This document shows, piece after piece, positions 38,279 through 50,444 of a DNA stretch of 64,000 nucleotides. Both the position numbers and the translations under genes were made by a program. Source of the DNA: Microthyrium microscopicum (Eukaryota); NCBI GenBank assembly GCA_010405405.1, contig MU004231.1, positions 856,153 through 920,152 on the forward strand, in the 5' to 3' direction. Each line of letters opens with the position of its first letter. Position 1 is the first letter of the stretch. The notes beneath the pieces were generated by a model. The model was not told the DNA's origin. It saw nothing but the letters and a program-made list of their open reading frames with translations, and ran no database searches.

Positions 38279-40088
38279 ATGACGGAATCCCAAAACGCCT
38301 CTCAAAACGTAAATGTACCAAGCACAAAGTTGAAGTTACCGAAGAAGCTGGTTGTGCTTTGTGACGGTGAGGACAAAAAGTAACGCACATCCACTGTACT
38401 CCTAGGCTAATACTTCAATTAGGCACTTGGCAGGTTCGAAAAGATACTGCATTTCGCATATCAACAAGTGCTAATGAAGCTATAGAACAGCGACTATGGA
38501 TGGGAGAAGGACTCGTGGTCACCGTTTGACCACGGCCATCCACAAGGTATGGAGTCGCCCATCACTCCCAATGGCTTCCATGCTGACTATTTGCTGCAAG
38601 TACCAACTAATGTGACTCGCCTCGGAAGAGCTTTGCTACCAGAAAGCTCGGATTCGCACCCTCAGATTATTTCGTATCATGCTGGAGTAGGCAGTTCTTC
38701 ATGGAGTATCACAGATCACCTTCTTGGTGGTGGACTAGCATACGGAATCTCTTCCAACATTCGCGACGCCTACGTATTTCTGGTAGATAACTTCATGGAG
38801 GCAGCTCCACATGTGTCAGATCAGATATTCCTTGTAGGATTCTCGAGAGGCGCGTTTACGGCTCGCAGCATCGGTGGTATGATCTCATCTATCGGCTTGT
38901 TGCACAAGGATGCGATGCAATACTTCTATTACATCTTCCAGGATTACGAGATGGCCGGTGCTGACAAACCTCATTACACTCCGATGATTAAGAAAGCATT
39001 TCCGGATTTCCATGTTGAAAGTAGCGTCAGCGACGCAGCCAGGTTCTTAGAAGATTACAAAAAGGAGCTAGTCAAGGTATGCAGAGATTCATTTTTGGTT
39101 CTCGTTAGAGGCAAAAAGACTAACGAAGGTAGCGGAACCTCACTCGAATCGTCGACATTGAAGCAATCGCTGTGTGGGATACGGTCGGAACTTTGGGCCT
39201 TCCAGTGACGCCAGTGTTGCAGAAGATAGGTCTGCCCAGTGCTATTCATGCATATCGATTCTATGATACTGGCATTAGCGAACGGGTTAGACATGCTTTC
39301 CATGCAATGGCCCTGGATGAGCGACGATCGGCCTTTAATGCTACTGTATGGGAGAGACAAGCTGACAACAAAACTACGGTAAGTCAGAGGACAGTCAAGA
39401 GATTAAATCAAACTGATTGACATCTTAGATCCTCAAACAAGTTTGGTTTCCGGGGGCTCACTCCAACATCGGAGGAGGCTACGAAAATCAAGCAATGGCA
39501 GATATTTCACTCGCTTGGATGATGGACCAACTTGACCCGTTCCTTGATTTCGACAAGAACTACCTCAAGAAGCAGAATCAAGCACTCGTCAAGAATTTCT
39601 TCGCAGCCGATGGCGTAAAACCGACAAAACAGAAACCAGCTTTTGAGTGGGGTCTTGGCCCAGTTTATGAAGGCCTACAATTTCCATTGAGTCTTTTGGG
39701 ATCCATCACTCGTACGCCTGGGCGGTACTTTGAGCTCGATTACCAGACCGGAAAGCCAAACTCGAAGAACCCCAAACTTCTTCAGAACACCAATGAGTAC
39801 ATTCATGCCAGCGTCAGAGCTCGATACCAGTATAGTGACGAGTTTGGTGGCTTCGATGCTCATGGTAAACCGTACAAACTGTCTGCAGCTCTGAAGAACT
39901 GGGAGCTTGTAACGGGAAAAAGAGAGGATGGCACTAAATGCAATAGTTGGAGAAGGAATTTGGCTGGTGATGCAGCGAATGGGCGCGAGTTACCAGAGGC
40001 CGAAATTGGTCATTTCGAATCACAACTGCTGGATCTCGATCCCGCCATGAAGACGAAGCTTTTCCCGACAACCACTGTTGCAACTTGA
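38279..40088 (+). CDS. DUF2235 / Tle1-like alpha-beta hydrolase (putative phospholipase), multi-exon
   Basis: KKLVVLCDG-TWQ-N restored via an 11-nt microexon (38423-38433). Motifs TNVTR, YHAGVG, nucleophile GFSRGAFTAR, AVWDTVG, HAMALDERR and QVWFPGAHSNIGGG. Confidence 0.92.
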
Positions 40089-40324
40089 GGGCCTCTCTTT
40101 TGGAGCGAATGGATCAATGAGAGGACACGAACTATTACTGAGAGTAAATAGCCTGGACGCGTAGATTTCCTTGGTTTTCATGTACACCTACCTGCCTTTG
40201 TACAAGTCGCGTTCCTAGGAAACATCGACTTCACCCAAAGATTAATCCTAATTCCAAACTAATTGATTGTTTCGTTATCTACAAACACGTTTTCTAGTTC
40301 TGACCTGCAAGTCAAGCTCTATGT

Positions 40325-40663
40325 TTACGTCTCCTCGTTCGCATCGAATGGGGTAGGTTTTGGTTCAAGCCAAGTAGTGCACGGCAACAACCTCCAGCTC
40401 TACTGATGCTTGCGTTCAAACAGATAATAGACGACATATTTCAGAAACCATGGAAAGCCAGTACCGACAGCTTTACCCTCGAAAGTTGCGTCGAAGAAAC
40501 CCATAAGAAGCGGCAGCTGAACTTTGCTATTGCACGTCTTCATGACATACTCGTGTGTCTTAGTCCACGCAACTGCTAGGGTCTTGCTGTCATAGGAACT
40601 GAGAGATAATGGCAGATTTGGCTGAAGACCCTTATTGGAGAAAATCCTAATATATTTCCACAT
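40325..40663 (-). pseudogene. C-terminal remnant resembling fungal hemerythrin/HHE-domain proteins, with an internal TAG
   Basis: Reads LSLSSYDSKTLAVAW...LPLLMGFFDATFEG...FPWFLKYVVYYLFERKHQ*SWRLLPCTTWLEPKPTPF. The similarity continues past the stop at 40400-40402. No HHE-bearing 5' part was found. Confidence 0.55.
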
Positions 40664-41102
40664 GAAGGCTTTGCTTCGTGGGAAAAGCTAGCGAAAGTCA
40701 AGAATTTGCGACATTACTGATATTATGTCCGGCCTTCGATGGAAAGAATCAAACATTGCAACGGGACCAACAATTGTAGGGTATGGTGGAATCAGTTGGA
40801 TCGGAAAGCATTAGTGGGAAGATCTAATTTGACCTTGGTAGAGGTTAAAAAGGAGTTGAAGACAAGTTATGGTATTGAACTGCTATCTATCAGACGACGC
40901 CACTGGAAGAGTGCGCCCAAAGGCTCATCACAATCATGTGCAAGAGCAAACCAAGTTCCAAAAGCTAGAACGTCCATCAGAAAGGGAACCCTTCCACAAT
41001 CCGTGGGAATGAAGAATAGAAATTACACAAAACATAGTCCAAATCGAAACGCCAGTCGCTGATGCTAAAAATGGCTTCATAAGCCCAGTGAAGCCAAATG
41101 CC

Positions 41103-43052
41103 TTAGTATGTGAAAGCCTCTTCGATGAAGTCAATCAACCCCTTGTCAACTTGCCATCTAACAGCATCACGCACTGCATCAGCAAACACTCCCGGCCCAC
41201 ATACTGTTACTGCCACTGCTCCTTTGCGTGTGCGTATGACCTCTTTCATGATCTCATCAGCTTTGGCGCGCTCTTGATGGAAGACCTGCACCTTGCCGCT
41301 CTTTGACTTTTCTGCAGGATTGCGCCCTGGTGCCCGCGTAGATCTGGTGACATAGATCTTGATATCCAACAGATTTGGTCGGTTTTCCATGCTCAGAATA
41401 TCATTCATCCATGGAACGATCCACTTGAGATTCTTCTCAGATGGGATTGCCCATACCAGAGTAATTCGTTGGGTTGCGACAGTGCCTTGGTTGAAGCCGT
41501 CAATGAGTTGTTTACAGAACATGAGTTGATGAGTGATGCCAACGCCGCCTGCGAACAGGACAACGTCGCCGTAGGAAGAGAGGTTTTCATGCCCGCTGTA
41601 GAAGCCCTCAACGTAACCCCAGGTCTCGACGATTTTGCGGTCGTCTTTGGGATTGGCAAGGAGGTGGACCTTTTCCCAAAGATCGCGGGTGAAGCCAGTG
41701 CGAGCACGGCATATCAGTGATACGGTGCTGCGCCACTCGGGTTTGTGGTCGAACTTTGGATCTTCCCACTCTGTGTCCTGAGTGGTGGAAGGAAGCTTTT
41801 CGGAACGTTGGTTCAGGTCATATCGTTCGGACCAGGCGACCGAGAAGGGGTGAGATTGAAGGTGGGCGAATTGAGGAAGATAGGCATGTACATGTGTTCC
41901 AGGACGCGCTTTCCAGTATCCGTTGAGATGGAAAGTGACGCGGCATGCTTCAGTCTCGAATGCTTCCACAGTGACCCGCGATGACCACTTTCTCCTCCTT
42001 ATGCTGATGTTGTACTTGTAGATCCTGTAAAAGCGCATAGCATAGTCATATCCCCAAAGAATGAACACGGCGACCAGCCACATAGACTGTGGAAGATTGT
42101 CGAGCTTCAAATGAAGCAATGTGCCTAATAGGACAAGAAAGACCAGAGTCTTATGAAGGAATAAGAAGGTTTCGTAGAAGGCATGTCGAATTGGGCTCCA
42201 TGCTTGGAATAGTATTATGAAGCCGGCAAACGTGGAGACAAGCCCCCAGGCATAGGACGCAGCATGAGGGCCTTCTGACAAACCAATCCTTACTGCGGTC
42301 CACCCGCCAGCTTCTCGTGTGTTGCCAACCCATGATAGGGCATGGATGAGAGCTTCGATGATGAAAATGCGAGCTGCCCAGCGGTGAAATAATTGAAATG
42401 TGTCGTAGGAAACATGAATGACCCAGATCAGGGGATTGTTCCGTAGGGCGAAGACGATGGTAGGGAACAGGTTAAAGACAGCAATGAGACCACTGCGACC
42501 TCTGAGGGAGGCAATGACTTCACGGCTTGGTTTATCATATGGGAGTGTGAGGGTCCATACGATCGTGAAAACCCCATAAATGAACAACAAGATTGAATGA
42601 TTGCGACCTGGTAAGGTGCCGACGTTGACAGCCTTGGACAAAGAAATTTCCTCGTTATGCCGTTTCTTCCATAGTGGAGCATATATTATATGCTTCTTCA
42701 ACCATGGAAACCAGTTATTTCCATTTTGCTTCCAGTAGTTTTGTCGTTCTGGGTTGGAAAGGATGGCCATCAGTCGGTTCCAATTTACAAACATATGAGT
42801 CCATCTTGCGATCAAGGTAAAGGCTAGTGCTATGGCAAGCAATGTGCCCATGATCTGGATCGCTAGATAGTTGCGATCTTGGTCGACACCATTAAGTCCC
42901 ACCGAAAATGGGAACAGGGAGCCGAAGGTGCCATCGAGAGTAGAATTGGTGTATATGGGGTCCACGCCGTCCGGGGTTAATGGCGTAGAGCTGCTGCTCG
43001 TCATGTTTGTGGTGGCATTTGCAAGCTGCCGTAAGGAAATACGGGGGCTCAT
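41103..43052 (-). CDS. Ferric/cupric reductase transmembrane component (FRE family)
   Basis: Heme ligands FHRW..H and FLHK..LH. FAD motif HPFS, EGFY, NADPH motif AGGVGIT, CGP and terminal EEAFTY. The first ATG is at 43052; the track ORF starts at an upstream GTG. Confidence 0.93.
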   Translation of the reverse strand: MSPRISLRQLANATTNMTSSSSTPLTPDGVDPIYTNSTLDGTFGSLFPFSVGLNGVDQDRNYLAIQIMGTLLAIALAFTLIARWTHMFVNWNRLMAILSNPERQNYWKQNGNNWFPWLKKHIIYAPLWKKRHNEEISLSKAVNVGTLPGRNHSILLFIYGVFTIVWTLTLPYDKPSREVIASLRGRSGLIAVFNLFPTIVFALRNNPLIWVIHVSYDTFQLFHRWAARIFIIEALIHALSWVGNTREAGGWTAVRIGLSEGPHAASYAWGLVSTFAGFIILFQAWSPIRHAFYETFLFLHKTLVFLVLLGTLLHLKLDNLPQSMWLVAVFILWGYDYAMRFYRIYKYNISIRRRKWSSRVTVEAFETEACRVTFHLNGYWKARPGTHVHAYLPQFAHLQSHPFSVAWSERYDLNQRSEKLPSTTQDTEWEDPKFDHKPEWRSTVSLICRARTGFTRDLWEKVHLLANPKDDRKIVETWGYVEGFYSGHENLSSYGDVVLFAGGVGITHQLMFCKQLIDGFNQGTVATQRITLVWAIPSEKNLKWIVPWMNDILSMENRPNLLDIKIYVTRSTRAPGRNPAEKSKSGKVQVFHQERAKADEIMKEVIRTRKGAVAVTVCGPGVFADAVRDAVRWQVDKGLIDFIEEAFTY

Positions 43053-44009
43053 GATTCGGGTTGATCGCTTGTGTTGTTTGTGTTCGCGCCAGGCGATTCT
43101 GGTGGTCAAAGGAATCCGAAAGCGTGCATATAAGCGGTCTACTAATGGAAGTTGGGGAAAGTAGATATTGAGCACAAAGCAAAATAAAGTCTTTCAAGAG
43201 GATCTCAGACTGGGGGGTGTTGATGTGTTATTGAGGGCCGGACAATAGTCAACTGATCAATGGTGAAAAGTTCAACTTAACAATGGACAACAAAATCCTT
43301 TGTTCACTAATAATGGTGTTATTCTCTTAAGCCTCAAGTTCCAGACTTGCTGATAACTGTCGCATTGTGATCCTCCAGGGAGTGTAATATGGTGATGAAG
43401 ATCCTGATGAGGGTGAGGTGTTGAGTAGAGCCAAGCCAAAGATAGATACCAACAGGAGAATGAAGTTAGCCAACGGAAGTACCTAGAATAGTGAATCGAG
43501 GGGAGCCGTGAGTAAGGAGGAGACTGTTGGTGCAAAGGGCAGCTCCAGGCGTTTTGTGCTCCCAGAGAAGAGTTAGTGCAGTGACTGTAGGCGCTATGGT
43601 TTTTGCATTGCCTAGTTGTTTCCAACCGTTTGACAAGAACCTGGAAGGAATATAATAATGTGAAAAGCGGGCCGGAAATGTCGTTGAACTGTGGCGTCGA
43701 TATTCAACTCCGATGTTTTGTTTCCTTGTGGGTTTGCAAGACATGAAGTGTCACTTCACTTACGTGGACAAAGTTGCTGCACGCTACTACCCGGCATCAA
43801 CTCTATAGTAGGTCTGTTTTAAACATGTGCAGCTGTCGAGATCTGAAAATCGTTGAATCTGGATTTCCGATTCACGTCCTTGTCGACGATTTGACTCAAA
43901 CCCTGCCTCCCACAGCCTTGCGCAATCTGAGCCAGCCTTGCCAAGAATGCCTACAAGGCTGGCTTCTTTGTTGCTGGTCTAGATGGTTGACATTCTCGAC
44001 TACCAAGAA

Positions 44010-44801
44010 TGAGCAAAACTCAGCAAAACTCTCATCAGAATTAAACACTCCGTAATGAGATGATTCTCCAATTTTGGCCTATCCTTCACCTTGTGCCATG
44101 GCAGGTATCAAAAGTTGTCATGCTGCCAATGATGTTGAGCCCTGTCGTCGGAGATCACTGCATTGGCTGAATCGCTGCAACAATTTTAGTTTCCGATGGC
44201 CCACAATCGATTGGCTGAATGCGTCCTGTGCGATTGGCCGCTTCAAGGGGTTTGGAGTTGGGCCCTTGCAGTAGCACGCCACAACCAGGTTGACGATCAA
44301 TCCCTTGTTCATCTGTCAGCCTTCTGGGCCTGGTCACTGCCAACTGGCACCTGGCCAACGTCGCGAACTTCTCAACGCGTGCGGATTGCGTTTTGCCTGC
44401 CCATCGATGTTTCTCGAACAATTGAATGCTTCGATTGCTACTTTCGGAAGAGTTGAAGCTCAAACCACTTTCACCAGCCACACGGCGGTCGGCGTTCACA
44501 ATGCCCGATCTCAATACGTCGTGGACGAAAACAGATCCCAGTTGGAGCACTTCGGAACGTTGTGATACACGTCGTAGAACGGCTTTTTATCAGACAATCT
44601 TGAGAAAGCCGACGTAATCTGATAACACGGCTGTCAAAATGACAAGTCCTTTTGTAATATTCCGCTGTACTCTGTACCTGGATTTCCACTAGTTGCTGAT
44701 CTAGTGGTTTGAGCAGGTGTACCGTGTGGAGGGCTCTCGTGATGCTGAGTCGTATTCGAATATGCACCCTCAAGCCCATGGGTAATCTGATTTTGAGCAA
44801 A
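44010..44801. promoter_or_regulatory. Putative Mac1 copper-response elements and SreA-type GATA sites upstream of the FRE gene
   Basis: TGAGCAAA (= TTTGCTCA) at 44010-44017 and 44794-44801. ATCTGATAA at 44617-44625 and TTATCAGAC at 44587-44595. Confidence 0.45.
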
Positions 44802-45504
44802 TACCCAACTCCGTGAAAAGGAGGCCGCTGTGGTGTCGCATTCCACGAGCCAAGGACAGTTCAAGATATATCATTAGAGAACTCACCACCGGATGTAAAT
44901 CCGATCTGGAAACAATATTTCACTTGGCAGGCTTGCTGGAAGACCCTAAAACGGTTGGATCGGGCAATGAGATGTAAGATCCGCGATTTCATTTGATTTG
45001 CAAGTCAAGAGTGCGTCAACGGAAGCCTGTCGATACTGCTAGTTGAAGTTGAAGAGAAAATGAAGTTGGATAATGTGGACAGGTTGACGGGCTAGAAAAG
45101 CATGATGGGTGGTTGAATTAAGCATGTTCGTGGTTGCCCCTTGAGGCACGAGCATGCCTTCCCTGGTTATTGACAATGACAGCGTTTACCTTTTTTCATT
45201 TGACTTCTCAATGTTGCTCAGGCGAAGAAGAGATATCATTTCAATATTAGCGCCTCGAAGATGATATCATAACTGTTAAGAAATGCTTCTTCCACAAGAC
45301 GAAAATCTTACTTCAAAACCACGGACTCGTTCGACAGCGCAGTGGTCAATCGATGGAAACAAAATAATCTCAACAACCTATGGTTCTAAGCATGATATAT
45401 GCATACCGAGACCGAGCGTCTCAACCCTCCGACCTGCCGACAATAACCTACAATAAAGCCAAGCATCTGGTGAATATGCTTGCCTCTCTTGGCCAGAAAC
45501 TTCA

Positions 45505-46513
45505 CTAAATAGCTCTACCTCCATCAACTTCCAAATTCACCCCAGTGACAAACCTACCCTCATCACTCGCCAAGTACAACGCTGCGTTCGCAATGTCCAT
45601 CGGGTCCGTCAAACGACCCAGTGGCACATTGGCCACAAACTTTTCCCTGTTCTCTGGCGTATCTGGCACCCCCACAAAAGACTCAAATAGACCAGTGCCA
45701 GAAAGCAGTGGCGCAATAGCATTGACGCGGATTTGGTCAGGGCCAAATTCGGCAGCAAGACCTTTGGTTGCCTAGATTATGTTTTGGTCAGTGTCTATAT
45801 GTTGCGGTAATATAGAATGTGAAGCAATGATGTGGGTGGATCACGAACATTTGTAACTGCACCTTTCGTCGCATTGTACCATACTAGACCTATAATAGCC
45901 ACATTAGTGACATGTGCGTTGTGGAGAAGATGCTGAAACTTGCCTGGTCGTGGGCGTACACTTCCTATGGAGGAGATGTTGATGATTGATCCGCCGCCGG
46001 CTTTTTTCATCTCTGGGACTACGGTTTGGACGGAAAGAAAGATGCTCTTGATATTGACGTTGACTACTCGATCGAACTCTTCAGCGGTGACGTCGAGTGT
46101 TGGTTTATTCTTATAGGTTGTGCCTACAAAAGTAGTGTCAATACATTTAGTCCCTTGAATCAAATTTTAATTGATTGACGTACCTGCATTGTTGACCAAA
46201 ATATCAATTTTACCACCAAATTCTAGGCATTTGCTGACAGCATCTTTCCAAGCTGCCTCATTGGTAACATCCATCTTTATATGTATGGTGTTGCCTCCAG
46301 CCTCGTTGATCTTTTGAGACACTGAAGCTACGCCAGGCTCATTGATGTCTGACATAATTACTTTGCAGCCTTCTTGCGCAAATCGAGTGGCTATAGCAGC
46401 TCCAAAACCAGATCCAGCTCCTTGATACTGAGTCAGACTGGGGCTGATAGGCAATGCGATATATGCTCACCTGTTACCAGCGCCACTCGATCCTTAAGTC
46501 TGGTGGAAGCCAT
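45505..46513 (-). CDS. Classical short-chain dehydrogenase/reductase (FabG-like), multi-exon
   Basis: VALVTG|AGSGFG, LVNNAG, NISS, catalytic YNATK, IRVNAIAP and C-terminal VDGGRAI. Confidence 0.93.
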
Positions 46514-46849
46514 TACTTGGATTTTTCTGTGATCACTGACAATATCAACGATTCCGATCAAATGCGTGCTTGTATGTTCGTACTCAAATGGATATGACGA
46601 ATCTTCGAGTAGTCAGGTTTAGGAACAGAGTACTCGATGAGTTCATTGATCGTGAAGTGTACAGTTTGCGGGGTCTCCTAACATCGGCTGCTGAGAACCG
46701 GAGAGATCGTCATACAATCATATCACGGAACCACATATTTCAAGAAGCACAGGTTAGGAGTATATTATACTTGTTCTACGTTGTATGCTTGTGGCTCCTT
46801 TCCTATCAAATGCCCAAAAGTGTATTATCCACCAGTTATGCGATGTAAA

Positions 46850-49837
46850 TTATGTTGCCCATACCAACTTCTTCAATGAGTATCCAAGAGCGTCCAGGTA
46901 GCTTGTACTCTTCTTGGCTTCAGCAATGCTGACGATCTCTTGCTCTTCGATTTTGACATTGGTCACCTTGTCTGCATCTTCTTCTCCAGCCTCTTCTGCG
47001 CGAACATGATTGACCTCCCTGGCTATCTGATCGCAGATGCTTCTCGTCGATTCCTCTTCGCTTGGTGGGTTCTCATCTACCCCTTTAGACGTCACATAGC
47101 TACTCCGTGGTGGCAGTGCCTTGAAAGCTAAAACTTTTTCTGCACCATTATCGGTCTGGCCTTTGTTCATGACCGCAGCCCCTGTACTATCGTCTTCATT
47201 GCTGGTCAAGCTTCGTGTGTTAATTCTGACCATATCTTTGCCTTTCGTGGAATAGTTAACCAGGAACCCGACATTCTTCTTTTCGTCTAAATCGCGGGAC
47301 GCGAACGTATCCGTGATGAATGTGCCTCGGGTCAGCCCTGTGATTGCCTCCAACTCGACCTTCTCGAATGCCTGCACTTTCTCTGTCGCCCAGTCCATGC
47401 GGCAAAAATACAATGCGCGGTTGGTGAGAAGAAGAACGCACTCTTCAAAAGGATGTGACTTGATGGTGCCACTGATTCTTGGACATCGTAATGCCCACCC
47501 AGCAATGAGATGCTCGCCAGCAGCACCACCTTGCTCCTCAACACAGATAGTGGTACACGTTTCTATCGCGTTTTGACGTACTTTACGAAGGTCGATAGCA
47601 TAATCTTGGCCTTTCATGTCGGCTTCAAAGTCAATGAAGATGTTCTCGTCGGCTCTGCCGAGCAAAAAGTCGATGACAGCTTGTGTGAAATAATCGTTGA
47701 CAATATTGTTGTAGTATCGATTGAGAGTGAGTCCAAAGTCCGTCAAAGCACCGCTTACATTTCGCTTTCGGGTTCTTGTAAAGTCGCCCTTTAGTGCTGC
47801 GGTGCCGGCATACTGCTTAGAAATTGCATCTCCGTTGTCTGCCCACAAAGTGTTAAACCATGATGTGGAGGGGTCGTTTTGCAAGTCAATCTTTAGACCT
47901 TCCTCAGCAAGCTGAGCCTCCAGAACACCTCGACCAGCAGCGGACTGCACGACATTGGTTCGATCGAGACAGTCCATACAGTTGGTCCTGAGAACACCGT
48001 TCTGCTTTTCAGTAGCTTGGGCACCTGTTTGTGACGTCCAGCCAAAGGACGATAAGTTGTCTTTGAGAGTATCAAATAGATATGACACGTTTTCAAATTT
48101 CATCCCTTTACATGCGTGGTGAAAGTCAAACCAGTAGAAAGCCAACTTCGATTGAGGCTCATCACTGAATTCACCTGACTTTTCAGCAAGTCTTTCGTAG
48201 AGCTCGCCCACCTTGCCCTCATTGCCTTTCTTTTCCACCAGATTGACCACTTGAATTCGTCCATAGCGTTGGGAAAGTTCACTGAAATGGACCTTGAACG
48301 CTTCAAGGTTCTGTTCCGGTGTTCCTCGGAAGACTGGTATTGGTTTTAGACTGTACGGGCTTTGAGAGAAGAACAAGGGCATGGAACCACGGTACTGTAA
48401 GTAAGAGTACAGCTTTTCATTAGGGGTATTGGCACCATCCCAAGATGGCGAGCAGAGAATCTGTTCGGTCTCCACACTGTTGGCGACGTGGCCGTCTTCG
48501 TCCGCCCCGCGGCGAAGATATCGGAGGCCAGCGCGATCAACAGAACGGCGAGAAACTAAGGTCAGGAGGAATGTTCGGCTATCTGTAGAGTCTTGCTCTT
48601 GCTCCGAAGGTGAACTGGAGTCTTTCACGGTCATTTCGATTTCATCCTGTTTGGCTGTCGCATCCTCAATTGCCTGTGTTTGTGGTTTCGAGGGATCGAT
48701 AGTGAATTCTCTCTGGCCTACGAAACCTTGGATAAGTGGTGTTGTAAAAGCATCTTGTCCTACATCAAGGAATGGCTGGATGAGATGCTTGTTCCAAAAG
48801 AACTAATATCCATGAGTAACAATCTGCGACTACGAAGATGGCATAACATACCTGAGAATCAAAAGTTCTATGTAGTGGAACTGAGCTGCCTGCTGTCTGG
48901 TTCGTTACGCCATGTGAGATGTCATAGTCATAGGAATAAAAGAAGTTCTTGGAGCCGAAGAAGATCTTAGTTGTTGCCAAGACCTTGGGGAGAAGTGGTA
49001 TTTGCTGAGTCTGCTTAGTGTCAACTGTGTGAGCCACTTCCGTTGGCACTTCTTGCGTTTCTTCTAGATCAGTTTTGGGAGTTTCGGGTCGCTCGTCCTC
49101 GGAAAGTTGTGCTCTATCAGGAGTAGGATTCCTGACTCTTTGTATGTCTTCTTCACTGCTCATTCCTTGACGGGTTCGACTGTCTGCAGTCCATCCTTGT
49201 TTCGAAAACCATTTGTCGGCGAAACGACCGTATATTCCCTTTTTATTAATCACATTCTCGGCCACATTAGACACTTTTTGCTTCGCTTGCTCTATCTGGT
49301 CCTTATCAGGATCCGGGTCCGCCGTTATCACCGAGGCGTCGTCCGGCAGTGATATATTATCCTCCGAGTTCTCGCTGTCGCTAAGGAAATCTTCATTGGA
49401 GGTTGAGTGACGGAACTGTGCGCTTCGGGCTTTGGCAATGGCCTGCTCCGCATCTGCTTGTGATGATAAGGGGATGAGTGCAACCTCGCTAATGGAGTAT
49501 ATTGGCTTTCCCGATATAAGGGCAACTTGCTCACGACGAGATATTGATACTAAGAAGGACAATGAGGCGACATTGAGGAGTCCTAGAACTAATGAGACAC
49601 AATATTTTGGCAATCGGAATACTCAAAGGGCTCACCAACGATGCCATGTGCCTCGAGAGTTTCTCCTGAAGTGTCTTCGTCTCGGCGATCATGCAACAGC
49701 GGGGATATGTTGGCGCCCTTGTATGTAATTTTGATGGCCTGCTCCGTTGCCGGCCTGTGAGACTTTGGAGGCGCTGGCTGCAGTATCAAGCCATCTACGG
49801 CAGCAAAAATAAGTAGCTTGCGGACAATGCCAGGCAT
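46850..49837 (-). CDS. SAC-domain phosphoinositide phosphatase with probable hSac2 domain (Sac2/INPP5F-like)
   Basis: FFYSYDYD, SRRSVDRAGLRYLRRG, QYRGSMPLFF, catalytic RTNCMDCLDRTN and WADNGDAISKQYAGT. The C-terminal ECVLLLTNRALY region is PH-like/hSac2-like. Confidence 0.9.
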
Positions 49838-50444
49838 TTCAGAGGTCCTAGATAACCGAATGGCCTTCTGAGCGGTGATCTAAAAAGATGATGGCAAAGG
49901 GAAGAGAGACTTGGTGTTGGCCTGTTGGTGGTGCTGGAAGTTCACCACCAAAATGGCATGACGTCGCTGCGACTTGCTCTCGCAGCTTTCAAGTCCAACC
50001 ACCATTCGCGCACGTGGGATGTACATGCGCTGGCCTAAGAAACCTTAGATCTGATCTACGATTTTTTTTAAACCTACGACTACTACTGTCTCCTCCTACT
50101 ACTACAACTGATGGTATTCTTGCGCTCACACCCAGAGACTTGCTCGTACTACTGTACGTCTGCAGTAGCGAAAGAAGCATGCACCCGCACAACTCTTGAT
50201 AGCCAACCCCACCTGCACCCTTCAACCTATGGCAACTCCTCACTCGTTCGCTGATTGCAGGTTGCCGTAATCAGTGATCGAATCAGGCTCTGTCTGGTTC
50301 ATTTAGAAACATATCTACCATGGCTGCTCCCGCACTTAATCATAACTGGCCCCAAGAGTGTTGGAAGGCCTTCGAGCAGGCCGCTTTCCTCCCCGGATGC
50401 GCAGCTGGATCTGCAACTTTCTGCGTATTTGACGTTGGATCATA

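Noticed and set aside
41103..43052. Ferric reductase as a Starship auxiliary gene
   Set aside because: It is full length, lies among core genes and is about 10 kb from the island, with no captain or terminal repeat nearby.
43272..44864. Many short ORFs on both strands
   Set aside because: No motifs or consistent splice model; treated as regulatory DNA.
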